This document shows, one piece after another, positions 42,484 through 51,115 of a stretch of DNA of 64,000 nt. The notes below the pieces were generated by a model, which was given only the letters and a program-made list of their open reading frames with translations, had not been told where the DNA came from and did no database searches. The translations under genes and the position numbers were made by a program. The first letter of the stretch is position 1; each line of letters begins with the position of its first letter. This DNA is from an uncultured Planktomarina sp. (GTDB lineage: Bacteria; Pseudomonadota; Alphaproteobacteria; Rhodobacterales; Rhodobacteraceae): contig CAJWTH010000001.1 of NCBI GenBank assembly GCA_913047725.1, forward strand, positions 91-64,090. Direction: 5' to 3'.

Positions 42484-44025
42484 ATGCTTGATAATAAAAA
42501 TGCTGCTATTTGGTTTGTGGACCGTCACGTTGAGGAGGGACGCGGTTCGAATGTTGCATTTAGAGAGGCTGATGGGCAAAGGCGAAGCCAAACGTATGCA
42601 GAATTAGCTGAACGCAGTGACCTTTTAGCGGGAGCATTTGAAAGTGCTGGCCTACGTCGGGAAGAGCGCGTTGCATGCTTAATACTGGATCAATTAGAAT
42701 ATCCTGAAATTTTCTGGGGCGCATTAAAAGCGGGTGTCGTGCCTGTCGCGCTGAATACGCTATTGGCGACTTCTGTTTATCAGGCAACATTAAATGACAG
42801 CCGCGCGGCCTGTTTGATTGTTTCACTTGAATTGTGGGAAACTGTTGAGCCTGCTTTGGTTGAAAATAAAGATTTACGAAAAGTAATTGTCATTGGTGAA
42901 AAAACTCCGCCAAAGGCCATATCTTATGTAGATTTTCTTCTACCTGCCAAAACAAAAAAAGCTATCTTTGCGTTAGACGACGAATGTGCCTTCTGGCTCT
43001 ATTCTTCTGGTTCAACGGGGCAACCAAAAGGTGTCCGCCACGTCCATAGTGCACTTCTCTCTACGGCAGAAACTTATGGTGCACAGGTGCTTGGTATAAA
43101 GAAAAATGATGTAATTTTTTCTGCTGCCAAAATATTTTTTGCGTATGGTATGGGAAATGCGCTGACATTTCCAATGTCTGTTGGTGCGACGACTATCCTA
43201 TTTTCTGGACGTCCGACGCCGGATGCAGTTCTAGACATCATTCAAGCTGAACAACCGACATTATTTTGTGGGGTGCCAACTCTTTATGGTGCCATCGTGG
43301 CATTGCTGGAAAACCGTGAGATGCCAAGTCATCGGGTCAGATTGTGTATTTCTGCGGGTGAGGCTCTCCCGGCAGATATCGGCCGAAGATGGCAGGATCT
43401 CTTTAAAAATGAGATCCTGGATGGCGTGGGTTCTACTGAAATGTTACATATCTTTCTATCCAATCGTGAGGGTGAGGTAAACTATGGTACGTCCGGAATA
43501 GCAGTTCCAGGGTATGAGTTGCGATGCGTTAATGAGGGCGGCAACCAAATTCAACCCGGAGAAGTTGGTGAAATGCTTGTTAAAGGTGGGTCTTCGGCTG
43601 ATGGATATTGGAACCAACGTGCTAAAAATCAAGCAACTTTTGAGGGTGAGTGGACTAGGACTGGGGACAAGTATGAAATTATGGGAGATGGTACGTACAT
43701 TTACTGTGGACGTACCGATGACATGTTTAAAGTTTCTGGCATATGGCTAAGTCCCTTCGAGGTGGAGCAAACTTTAATCTCACATCCAAAAGTGCTGGAA
43801 GCTGCTGTTGTCGCTCAGGTTGATGACCATGGACTGGAAAAGCCAAAGGCTTTTGTCGTTCTTAATAGCAATATATCAAAAAATAATATTGAGAATGAGT
43901 TGCGAGACTTTGTGAAAGAACGAATAGGAAAATGGAAATATCCACGTTGGATTGAAATAGTTGATGACTTGCCCAAAACTGCGACAGGAAAAATCCAACG
44001 GTTTAAATTAAGGAGTTCGAAATGA
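42484..44025 (+). CDS. Benzoate-CoA ligase family protein
   Basis: WLYSSGSTGQPKG, AAKIFFAYGMGN, DGVGSTEMLHIF, TGKIQRFKLR. Confidence 0.92.
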   Translation: MLDNKNAAIWFVDRHVEEGRGSNVAFREADGQRRSQTYAELAERSDLLAGAFESAGLRREERVACLILDQLEYPEIFWGALKAGVVPVALNTLLATSVYQATLNDSRAACLIVSLELWETVEPALVENKDLRKVIVIGEKTPPKAISYVDFLLPAKTKKAIFALDDECAFWLYSSGSTGQPKGVRHVHSALLSTAETYGAQVLGIKKNDVIFSAAKIFFAYGMGNALTFPMSVGATTILFSGRPTPDAVLDIIQAEQPTLFCGVPTLYGAIVALLENREMPSHRVRLCISAGEALPADIGRRWQDLFKNEILDGVGSTEMLHIFLSNREGEVNYGTSGIAVPGYELRCVNEGGNQIQPGEVGEMLVKGGSSADGYWNQRAKNQATFEGEWTRTGDKYEIMGDGTYIYCGRTDDMFKVSGIWLSPFEVEQTLISHPKVLEAAVVAQVDDHGLEKPKAFVVLNSNISKNNIENELRDFVKERIGKWKYPRWIEIVDDLPKTATGKIQRFKLRSSK

Positions 44026-44852
44026 CACTGATTAATTGGGCAGACGGATTAGAAGGCTTTTTAGATATATCAGGAAAATCTCTTGAATACGCTTGTTTTG
44101 GACCTGCGCCTACTACAGCTCCTACCATTGTAATGTTACACGAAGGCTTGGGTTGTGTGGCGCTTTGGCGAGATGCACCAGCTCAGATTGCAGCTGCTAC
44201 CGGTTGTGGGGTTTTCGTCTATTCTCGCGCCGGATATGGGCGTTCAGATCCAACTGATTTGCCTCGCCCCTTAGATTACATGAGCAGGGAGGCAGTAGAT
44301 GTACTACCAAAAATCTTGGCTGCGATTGGACCAAAACAGTGTATTTTACTAGGGCATTCTGATGGTGCAACAATTGCTGCAATATATGCAGGCTCAATTA
44401 TTGATCATCGCGTGCGTGGATTAGTTTTGATGGCCCCACATTTTTTTACAGAGCCTCAGGGGCTTGCACAGATTGCCTTAGCCAAAGATAATTTTGACAA
44501 GAATGGCTTAAAACTAAGATTGGCAAAATATCATCAAGATCCAGAAAATGCCTTTATTGGTTGGAATAAGGTTTGGTTAGATCCTGATTTTGAAGATTGG
44601 AACGTGTCGGAGGTGATTGATTATTTGCGTATCCCAACTTTGGCAATCCAAGGGCTCGATGATAAATATGGTACGGAGGCACAAATTTTAGAACTTGAAA
44701 ACCGAAGCTACTCGCCCGTTGATGTCGTTATGTTGGCTGACTGTGGGCATTCACCCCTAGAAGATGCGAATGAGGCCACTATTGCAGAAATTGCGGTTTT
44801 CTCTGAAAGCTTATGGAAGATTGAGGCGGGGCAGGGTGTTCCAATTTCATGA
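44022..44852 (+). CDS. Alpha/beta hydrolase of the type found in box (benzoyl-CoA) clusters
   Basis: LHEGLG, GHSDGA nucleophile, APHFF, CGHSP; coupled to the ligase by an ATGA overlap. Confidence 0.85.
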   Translation: MTLINWADGLEGFLDISGKSLEYACFGPAPTTAPTIVMLHEGLGCVALWRDAPAQIAAATGCGVFVYSRAGYGRSDPTDLPRPLDYMSREAVDVLPKILAAIGPKQCILLGHSDGATIAAIYAGSIIDHRVRGLVLMAPHFFTEPQGLAQIALAKDNFDKNGLKLRLAKYHQDPENAFIGWNKVWLDPDFEDWNVSEVIDYLRIPTLAIQGLDDKYGTEAQILELENRSYSPVDVVMLADCGHSPLEDANEATIAEIAVFSESLWKIEAGQGVPIS

Positions 44853-45282
44853 GTTAGATCTGAATTGGCGGCCATCACACGCCTACATACCTGGAAAAAA
44901 TTCTCGCCATAGCGACGGCGTATTTGACCAGTTTAAGCCAGACTTATCAATTTCTGATGAAGAGTTGGCTAATTGTATTGCGTGGCACATTGGGCAGCTA
45001 TTTTTCCGTGAGGAATATTATTGGGAAGCGCATGAGGTTTGGGAGGCAGTTTGGATACTACTCGACCAAGAATCCGCACCGCGAGCTTTAGTTAGAAGTT
45101 TAATCCAATTAACGAATGCCGGCTTGAAGGGGAAAATGGGTAGAGAAAAAGCGCAGACCCGGCTGTTAGATTTGGCTAAAGCTGCATGTCCAGATTTTAA
45201 TTCTCCAAAAATAATGGGATTTACTCAGCAAAGTTGGAGAGACTTTTACGGTCAAGCGTCTAGGTCCATTCCTCATGGCTAG
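44836..45282 (+). CDS. DUF309 domain protein (start uncertain)
   Basis: HAYIPG, YYWEAHEVWEAVW, LIQLTNA; GTG 44836 or an upstream ATG. Confidence 0.78.
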   Translation: MFQFHELDLNWRPSHAYIPGKNSRHSDGVFDQFKPDLSISDEELANCIAWHIGQLFFREEYYWEAHEVWEAVWILLDQESAPRALVRSLIQLTNAGLKGKMGREKAQTRLLDLAKAACPDFNSPKIMGFTQQSWRDFYGQASRSIPHG

Positions 45283-45638
45283 AGATTAGTTTCCACCATA
45301 GGAATGTAGACTGCCAAGAGGCAGCCATCGTCCGACACAGAGAAGTGCTGCGTGCTGTCACGAAGCAAAACTAAATCGCCTTTGCCATAAACAGTCCCAT
45401 CATTGTCGCGCAAACTGCCTTCGATGACAAAAAACTCTTCATCGCCTCGATGTTCATGCGCCTCACTACTGCTCCCAGGGTTCATCCGATAAATATGGAA
45501 ACCTACCCCCAAACCTGGTCCACCACCAAGCTGTAGGATGGAAGTTCCGCTATCACTGCCGTCTGAATTTAACCAAGGAGTAAATTTACTCGTGTTTACA
45601 TTGGCTACTATACGATCCTCAGGTTTAATATCTTTCAT
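45279..45638 (-). CDS. Cupin domain protein (ChrR-like cupin)
   Basis: PG..SEAHEHRGDEEFFVIEG, GDLV..TQH metal-binding cupin motifs. Confidence 0.82.
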   Translation of the reverse strand: MKDIKPEDRIVANVNTSKFTPWLNSDGSDSGTSILQLGGGPGLGVGFHIYRMNPGSSSEAHEHRGDEEFFVIEGSLRDNDGTVYGKGDLVLLRDSTQHFSVSDDGCLLAVYIPMVETNL

Positions 45639-45777
45639 AACGGCGTCTTTCTTTGTTTTATTTAAAATCTATGTTAGTCAGAGTGAGCCATAAAAAACGC
45701 CATTTGGCCATAGATTATTGTTGATCTTCTGCTCCGTAAGCTGTTCGATGGTTTAAAATTCAAGGTAAGGTAATGTT

Positions 45778-46977
45778 ATGGATCCACGTATCACGCCACC
45801 CCAGGATTGGGACCGGTCTGGACTTCCAGGGTGGGCATATTTTTCACAAGAATTATTTGAACTTGAGTGCACCGAAGTTTTTAAAACTCATTGGCAATTT
45901 GTTTGCCACATAAATGAATTGTCACAGAATGGTGCTTATACGACTTTTGATTTAGCGGGCGAACGTGCCTTGGTAATTAAGGGGCATGACGGCCAGGTTA
46001 GGGCATTTCATAATTTGTGCCGCCATCGAGGCTCCCGTGTTGTTCCTGACGCGAGTGGGGTTTGCAACAAAGCTATGATTTGCCCATATCATGGATGGGC
46101 ATATAACCTTGATGGATCTCTACGTGGAATAGCAAATAAAAATACATTTCCGCCAATGGATGCAGAAAAATGGGGCTTAAAAAAACTTGAAATGGAAGTT
46201 TGGAACGGGCTTATATTTGTTCGGTTTTTACCAGGCCCTCAGCCCTCAGTCGCAGAGGTTCTAGGGCGCTTTGATGAAGAGATTGCCCCCTATGATTTGG
46301 CAAATATGGTCCCCACTACGACTAATTCGATGCATGACCTACTTCCAGTGAACTGGAAGTCAGTTAGGGATGTAGACAATGAGGGTTATCATGTGCGTCA
46401 AGCACACCCTGGGTTACATGAGCTTTATGGAAACGGATACTTTGATGAACCTTATCTGGAGGGAACCTCTCGCTCGGTAGGGACTTTCAACGAAGCTCCT
46501 GGTCATCGGTGGAGCGTAAGAAAGTATCGAGACCTCCTGCCAGAAGCCTCGCATTTACCTGTATCTCAGCAAAGACAATGGATCTATTTTGGAATGTTTC
46601 CGAATTTTGTTTTAGGGCTTTATCCTGATAGTGTTATTTTTTACCAAGATGTTCCGCAATCTGCCACGCAGACACTTCAGCGAGGCATGTGCTATCGTCG
46701 TCCTGATGAGAGCCGTGAAATGAAAGTGGCTCGCTACCTCAGTGGACGGATTGACAGAGATACTGGTGCAGAAGATCAAATGTTGATGGTTTGGTCATGT
46801 GAGGCCACTAGGTCTTCCGCCTATGATGGAGTAATACTTTCTGACTTGGAGTACGGGGTAAAGACTTACCATGACCATTTGCGCAAGTTAATTCCAGTAG
46901 TTGAGAGCAATACATTACCGTTAGTTGGACAGATGGCTCTCTTGAATCAAGAGATACTTTCGAAAAGGATACCTTAA
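45778..46977 (+). CDS. Rieske non-heme iron oxygenase alpha subunit (quaternary-amine oxygenase-like)
   Basis: CRHRG..CPYH; DVDNEGYHVRQAH iron site with bridging Glu; distal ED. Confidence 0.88.
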   Translation: MDPRITPPQDWDRSGLPGWAYFSQELFELECTEVFKTHWQFVCHINELSQNGAYTTFDLAGERALVIKGHDGQVRAFHNLCRHRGSRVVPDASGVCNKAMICPYHGWAYNLDGSLRGIANKNTFPPMDAEKWGLKKLEMEVWNGLIFVRFLPGPQPSVAEVLGRFDEEIAPYDLANMVPTTTNSMHDLLPVNWKSVRDVDNEGYHVRQAHPGLHELYGNGYFDEPYLEGTSRSVGTFNEAPGHRWSVRKYRDLLPEASHLPVSQQRQWIYFGMFPNFVLGLYPDSVIFYQDVPQSATQTLQRGMCYRRPDESREMKVARYLSGRIDRDTGAEDQMLMVWSCEATRSSAYDGVILSDLEYGVKTYHDHLRKLIPVVESNTLPLVGQMALLNQEILSKRIP

Positions 46978-47856
46978 TTGGTAGGCTTTCAAAAATGGCG
47001 TCGGAGTGAGAGTGCTCAGGGCTTATTTTTGATTAGTCCAACGTTAGGCTTTGCGTTGCTATTACTGGCCGTACCACTAATCATGGTGGTCGCTCTTAGC
47101 TTTTGGACCCAAGACTATCTGACCCTTGATCGAACTTTCACTACCGCCAACTATCAGACCGCTTGGACTGAGCCCATGTACCAATATTTAATGGCTAGGT
47201 CCCTAAAAATATCAATTTTTGTGACTGCTGTCACCGTACTCGTGGCATACCCAGTGGCTTACTTTATTTCGTTTCACGTCGTCCCTAAACGGAAGGCGAT
47301 GTGGATATTTTTGATTACCATTCCATTTTGGACAAGCTACTTAATGCGTATTTTCCTGTGGAAGGTAATACTGGGCTATAATGGTGTTATTAATGGGACT
47401 CTCACTGGATTTGGCATTATAGATGAGCCATTGAGTTTCATTTTATATAATCAAAATGCCGTAGTTATTACTCTTGCGCACGCCTGGATACCCTTTGCTA
47501 TTCTACCAATTTTCGTCGCTTTAGAACGTGTTGATCGCTCCCTAATAGAAGCTGCAGAGGATTTGGGAGATAGTGGAATCCGCCGATTTTTTCGGGTTAC
47601 CCTCCCACTTTCAATGCCCGGTGTAATAGCGGCAACTATTATTGTTTTTATTCCCACTATTGGCGACTATGTGACCCCACGTCTGGTTGGGGGGCCAAAT
47701 GGATTGATGATTTCTAATATGATTGAGTTACAATTTAAAAAGGCCAATAATGCTCCTCTCGGCGCAGCACTTGCGATCTCAGCAATGGGGATTGTCACAT
47801 TTTTTGCTTTAGTCTTTCTATGGATGAACAGGAAATATGTTAGGGGCCCAAGTTGA
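46978..47856 (+). CDS. Polyamine/opine-family ABC transporter permease (PotB-like)
   Basis: IPFWTSYLMR, EAA loop EAAEDLG, GDYVTP; TTG start immediately after the Rieske stop. Confidence 0.88.
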   Translation: MVGFQKWRRSESAQGLFLISPTLGFALLLLAVPLIMVVALSFWTQDYLTLDRTFTTANYQTAWTEPMYQYLMARSLKISIFVTAVTVLVAYPVAYFISFHVVPKRKAMWIFLITIPFWTSYLMRIFLWKVILGYNGVINGTLTGFGIIDEPLSFILYNQNAVVITLAHAWIPFAILPIFVALERVDRSLIEAAEDLGDSGIRRFFRVTLPLSMPGVIAATIIVFIPTIGDYVTPRLVGGPNGLMISNMIELQFKKANNAPLGAALAISAMGIVTFFALVFLWMNRKYVRGPS

Positions 47857-48668
47857 TGCGGGGCAAGATAGGTTTTTTTAAGTGGTTCATAGGTTTCTTT
47901 TTATTATTCTTATATGGGCCGGCAATTCTGTTACCAGTTTTTGCCTTTAATGCGAGCAGTATTGTTTCATTCCCACTTTCAGGGTTCACCACGGAGTGGT
48001 TCTCTGTATTGCTTACCAATGGGACCCTACACGTTGCTGCACGCAACAGTTTGCTAATTGCTGTTACCACCGCAATATTCTCAACGCTACTAGCTGTGCT
48101 GGCGGCCCGGGCCTCAACTCGGTTTTCCTTCTTTGGCCGCAGATCAATAATGGGCTTTGTAATGCTACCGATGGTGCTCCCAGAGATCATAATTGGTGTT
48201 TCTTTGCTGGTTGTAATTATCCAAATGGGTTTTGAGTTGTCGCTGTGGAGCATAACCATGGGCCATATCTTGATTTGTACACCTTTTTGTATTGCTATTT
48301 TATCCTCCGCCTTCATGAACCTTGATAAAAGCCTTGAAGAGGCCTCCTTTGATCTAGGGCAAACCCGTTGGAATACATTCTGGTTGGTAATTTTTCCTTT
48401 AGTTATGCCTGGTATTGTTGCTAGCTTGTTGATTGCGTTTACGATTTCTTTGGATGAGTTTATTATTGCATTCTTTTTAGCTGGAACTGAGCCAACCCTG
48501 CCGGTCTACATTTGGGGACAACTACGTTTCCCTGCTAAATTACCAGGTTTAATGGCCTTGGGTACCGTTTTATTGTTAGTATCGATTGGCTTGCTCTTAA
48601 TAGCAGACTTCTTCCGGCGCCGTGGAATACGAAAAACAGGTATTGAAAATACGGGGGGTTTCCTATGA
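47853..48668 (+). CDS. ABC transporter permease (PotC-like)
   Basis: [35 protein letters not shown]. Confidence 0.88.
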   Translation: MMRGKIGFFKWFIGFFLLFLYGPAILLPVFAFNASSIVSFPLSGFTTEWFSVLLTNGTLHVAARNSLLIAVTTAIFSTLLAVLAARASTRFSFFGRRSIMGFVMLPMVLPEIIIGVSLLVVIIQMGFELSLWSITMGHILICTPFCIAILSSAFMNLDKSLEEASFDLGQTRWNTFWLVIFPLVMPGIVASLLIAFTISLDEFIIAFFLAGTEPTLPVYIWGQLRFPAKLPGLMALGTVLLLVSIGLLLIADFFRRRGIRKTGIENTGGFL

Positions 48669-49747
48669 CGCAGCCAATAATTCGGCTCAGTGGTCTTGAT
48701 AAGTTTTACGGTGAATTTCAGGCGCTATCACAGATTGATTTGGACATTCAAACTGGTGAGTTTTTTTCGCTACTTGGTCCATCTGGATGTGGCAAAACGA
48801 CCTTACTACGAGCAATTGCAGGGTTTGAGACACTGTCGTCGGGCAGCCTTCATATTGATGGTGTTTCTATGGAAGGGGTTCCAGCCAATAAACGCCCAAC
48901 AAATATGGTATTCCAAAGTTACGCTATTTTTCCACATATGAGTGTGGCTGAAAATATAGCTTATGGGCTGAAAGCCCGAAAGCTTCCAAAAGCAGAGATA
49001 AAGGCTAGTGTGGCGGAAGCGATTAATATGGTTGGACTGGAAGGTTTCGATGATCGGGCATCTCATGCATTATCTGGTGGCCAGAGACAGCGTGTTGCCT
49101 TGGCTCGCGCTCTTGTACTAAAGCCCCGCGTACTCTTACTAGATGAGCCTCTTTCGGCATTAGATAAAAAATTACGGGAGCAGATGCAGTCTGAGTTACG
49201 TCGTCTCCAACGAGCGGTTGGCATTACATTTGTGTTGGTTACTCACGACCAGGAAGAAGCATTGACAATGTCAGATCGCATAGCGGTGATGTTTGACGGG
49301 AAAATTGAACAGGTTGCCTCACCCCAGATACTCTATGGAAAGCCAAGTACACGAAAAGTTGCAGCTTTTATTGGTATGATGAACTTCTTAGATGCTAAAG
49401 TTTTGACTACATCTGGAGATAATTTGGAAGTTGAAGTTCAATCATTAGGAAAATTAACTTTACCATTGGAACAAGCCACAGGCGGTTTGGATGGTTGCAA
49501 CTCGGTAGGCGTTCGCCCCGAGATGTTAACAATTTTAATGGGTTCCCAAACTTCTGAACGTGAAATTGAAGCTGAGGTTACTGAAGTTTATTACTATGGG
49601 GATATGACATATTACGACGTCAAATTACCGGCTAAAGAAGATCCAATCACTGTCACCATGCGCAATACTGCTGGACGCGAGGTACTAGAAGTTGGCGCAA
49701 AAGCTCGGGTTGGCTGGAGCACGTCTTCGCTACTTTTGCTGAAGTGA
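48665..49747 (+). CDS. ABC transporter ATP-binding protein (PotA-like)
   Basis: [22 protein letters not shown]-terminal TOBE domain. Confidence 0.92.
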   Translation: MTQPIIRLSGLDKFYGEFQALSQIDLDIQTGEFFSLLGPSGCGKTTLLRAIAGFETLSSGSLHIDGVSMEGVPANKRPTNMVFQSYAIFPHMSVAENIAYGLKARKLPKAEIKASVAEAINMVGLEGFDDRASHALSGGQRQRVALARALVLKPRVLLLDEPLSALDKKLREQMQSELRRLQRAVGITFVLVTHDQEEALTMSDRIAVMFDGKIEQVASPQILYGKPSTRKVAAFIGMMNFLDAKVLTTSGDNLEVEVQSLGKLTLPLEQATGGLDGCNSVGVRPEMLTILMGSQTSEREIEAEVTEVYYYGDMTYYDVKLPAKEDPITVTMRNTAGREVLEVGAKARVGWSTSSLLLLK

Positions 49748-49754
49748 TTTAGAT

Positions 49755-49781
49755 AAAAAAAGAGCACCAATAGGTGCTCTT
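49755..49781 (-). terminator. Hairpin terminator between the convergent ATPase and SBP genes
   Basis: AAGAGCACC-aata-GGTGCTCTT with an A7 tract on the left (U-tract on - strand) and a T-run further right. Confidence 0.8.
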
Positions 49782-49807
49782 GAGATTTTTTTATATGTTA
49801 CGGTTCT

Positions 49808-50851
49808 TTAGAAGCCTGCTTTGATCTTTTCAAATTCAGCGATCATTTTTTCACGCAATTGTTGATCCATAGGAACTTGAGCCAAAACAGGAACGTCCAC
49901 AGGGCCCAAACCAGCCCATACTAGTGCGTCGGCGCCCATTGCCGTCATTGCAGTCTCGTTTCCATGTCCGTAGCCCCACTCGTTAACAATATAGTCAGTG
50001 GAACCGGGATCCATCCAGGCATTGAAGAAATCATACATCTTATCTTCTGAGTTTGGACCATTTGCCAAGTTTACATAACCGCAGAACCAGCTGGATGATC
50101 CCTCCACAGTCGAGCGGTTAACTCCAATTGGTAGGCCTTCACCCTGCATTGTAACTGGCGTTTCATTCCATGCCCAGGACACCATAACCTCACCACTTCC
50201 CATTAGTTGGGCAAGCTCGGCTCCATCAGCCCAATAGGCCCGCACATTTTGGTGTGCTTTTCGTAGCCACACATTGGCTGCCTGAAAGTCTGCGTCAGTA
50301 GCTTTTGTCCAATCGGTTACGCCAGTTGCCAGATAGGCAAGAGCGTATACATCATCGACATTATCTGGCAGAGCTGTGCGCCCTCCATAAGCTGGATCTA
50401 AAAACACAGCCAGAGAAGTCATTTTGGCCTCATCGACCATATCTGTGCGGTAGGTCAAGGCTGTTGTGCCCCAATCCATTGGAAGCATATAGTAGCTGCC
50501 ATCAATTTTAAATGCTTCTGCCATCTCTTGATTGACGTCTGCCCATAGATCTATCCGCGATGTATCGAGTGGTTCAAGCAAACCAGCTTCATGCCATTTG
50601 GATACGGATTGGCTACAGGGGTGAGACACATCCGCCTTAAAGCCGGCGCGCAATTTTTGGAAGGCCTCTTCTTCTTCCCCGAAGAATGCAAAAGTCGGTG
50701 AACCACCATGTTGGGCTACATATTTTTGGAAAAAGCCTTCATCTTCATAGCCTGACCAATCGAACACAACTAATCCGTCATCGGCAGCCATTGCAACGCT
50801 AGACAGCATGGCCGTAGCAGTTGTCGCCAATAGTATTTTTCTAAAATTCAT
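49808..50851 (-). CDS. Periplasmic substrate-binding protein, PotD/PotF-like
   Basis: Signal peptide (..AMA/ADD), VFDWSGY, DWGTT, WAWNE, EG...WFCG. Confidence 0.85.
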   Translation of the reverse strand: MNFRKILLATTATAMLSSVAMAADDGLVVFDWSGYEDEGFFQKYVAQHGGSPTFAFFGEEEEAFQKLRAGFKADVSHPCSQSVSKWHEAGLLEPLDTSRIDLWADVNQEMAEAFKIDGSYYMLPMDWGTTALTYRTDMVDEAKMTSLAVFLDPAYGGRTALPDNVDDVYALAYLATGVTDWTKATDADFQAANVWLRKAHQNVRAYWADGAELAQLMGSGEVMVSWAWNETPVTMQGEGLPIGVNRSTVEGSSSWFCGYVNLANGPNSEDKMYDFFNAWMDPGSTDYIVNEWGYGHGNETAMTAMGADALVWAGLGPVDVPVLAQVPMDQQLREKMIAEFEKIKAGF

Positions 50852-51115
50852 ATTTTTCTCCCTTGTCGGCGCATCGCCGTCACAAAATGTTAACCCAGCT
50901 TTTCAAATGCATCAAGAAATTGATTCAAATTCATCAATTTTGATTTTTTTGGACTTTTTTGCAAAAAAATCTAGCTCACGGCAAACTGCCACAATGTTTG
51001 GCGTGCAAGCCTCAAATTATTATGCAAACCCGTGAAAAGGGGTTGCAACGCACTCTGAGTTCTGGAGCCTTAACTTTATATTATTAGGACTATGAGTTGA
51101 TTTTCTTGGTTTCAT

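Noticed and set aside
45279-45638. Calling the cupin a DMSP lyase
   Set aside because: Only the generic cupin metal motif is shared; no acuI or other DMSP context.
51023-51047. Hairpin TGCAAACCC..GGGGTTGCA as the gcvP terminator
   Set aside because: Mismatched stem and no clear U-tract; too weak to report.
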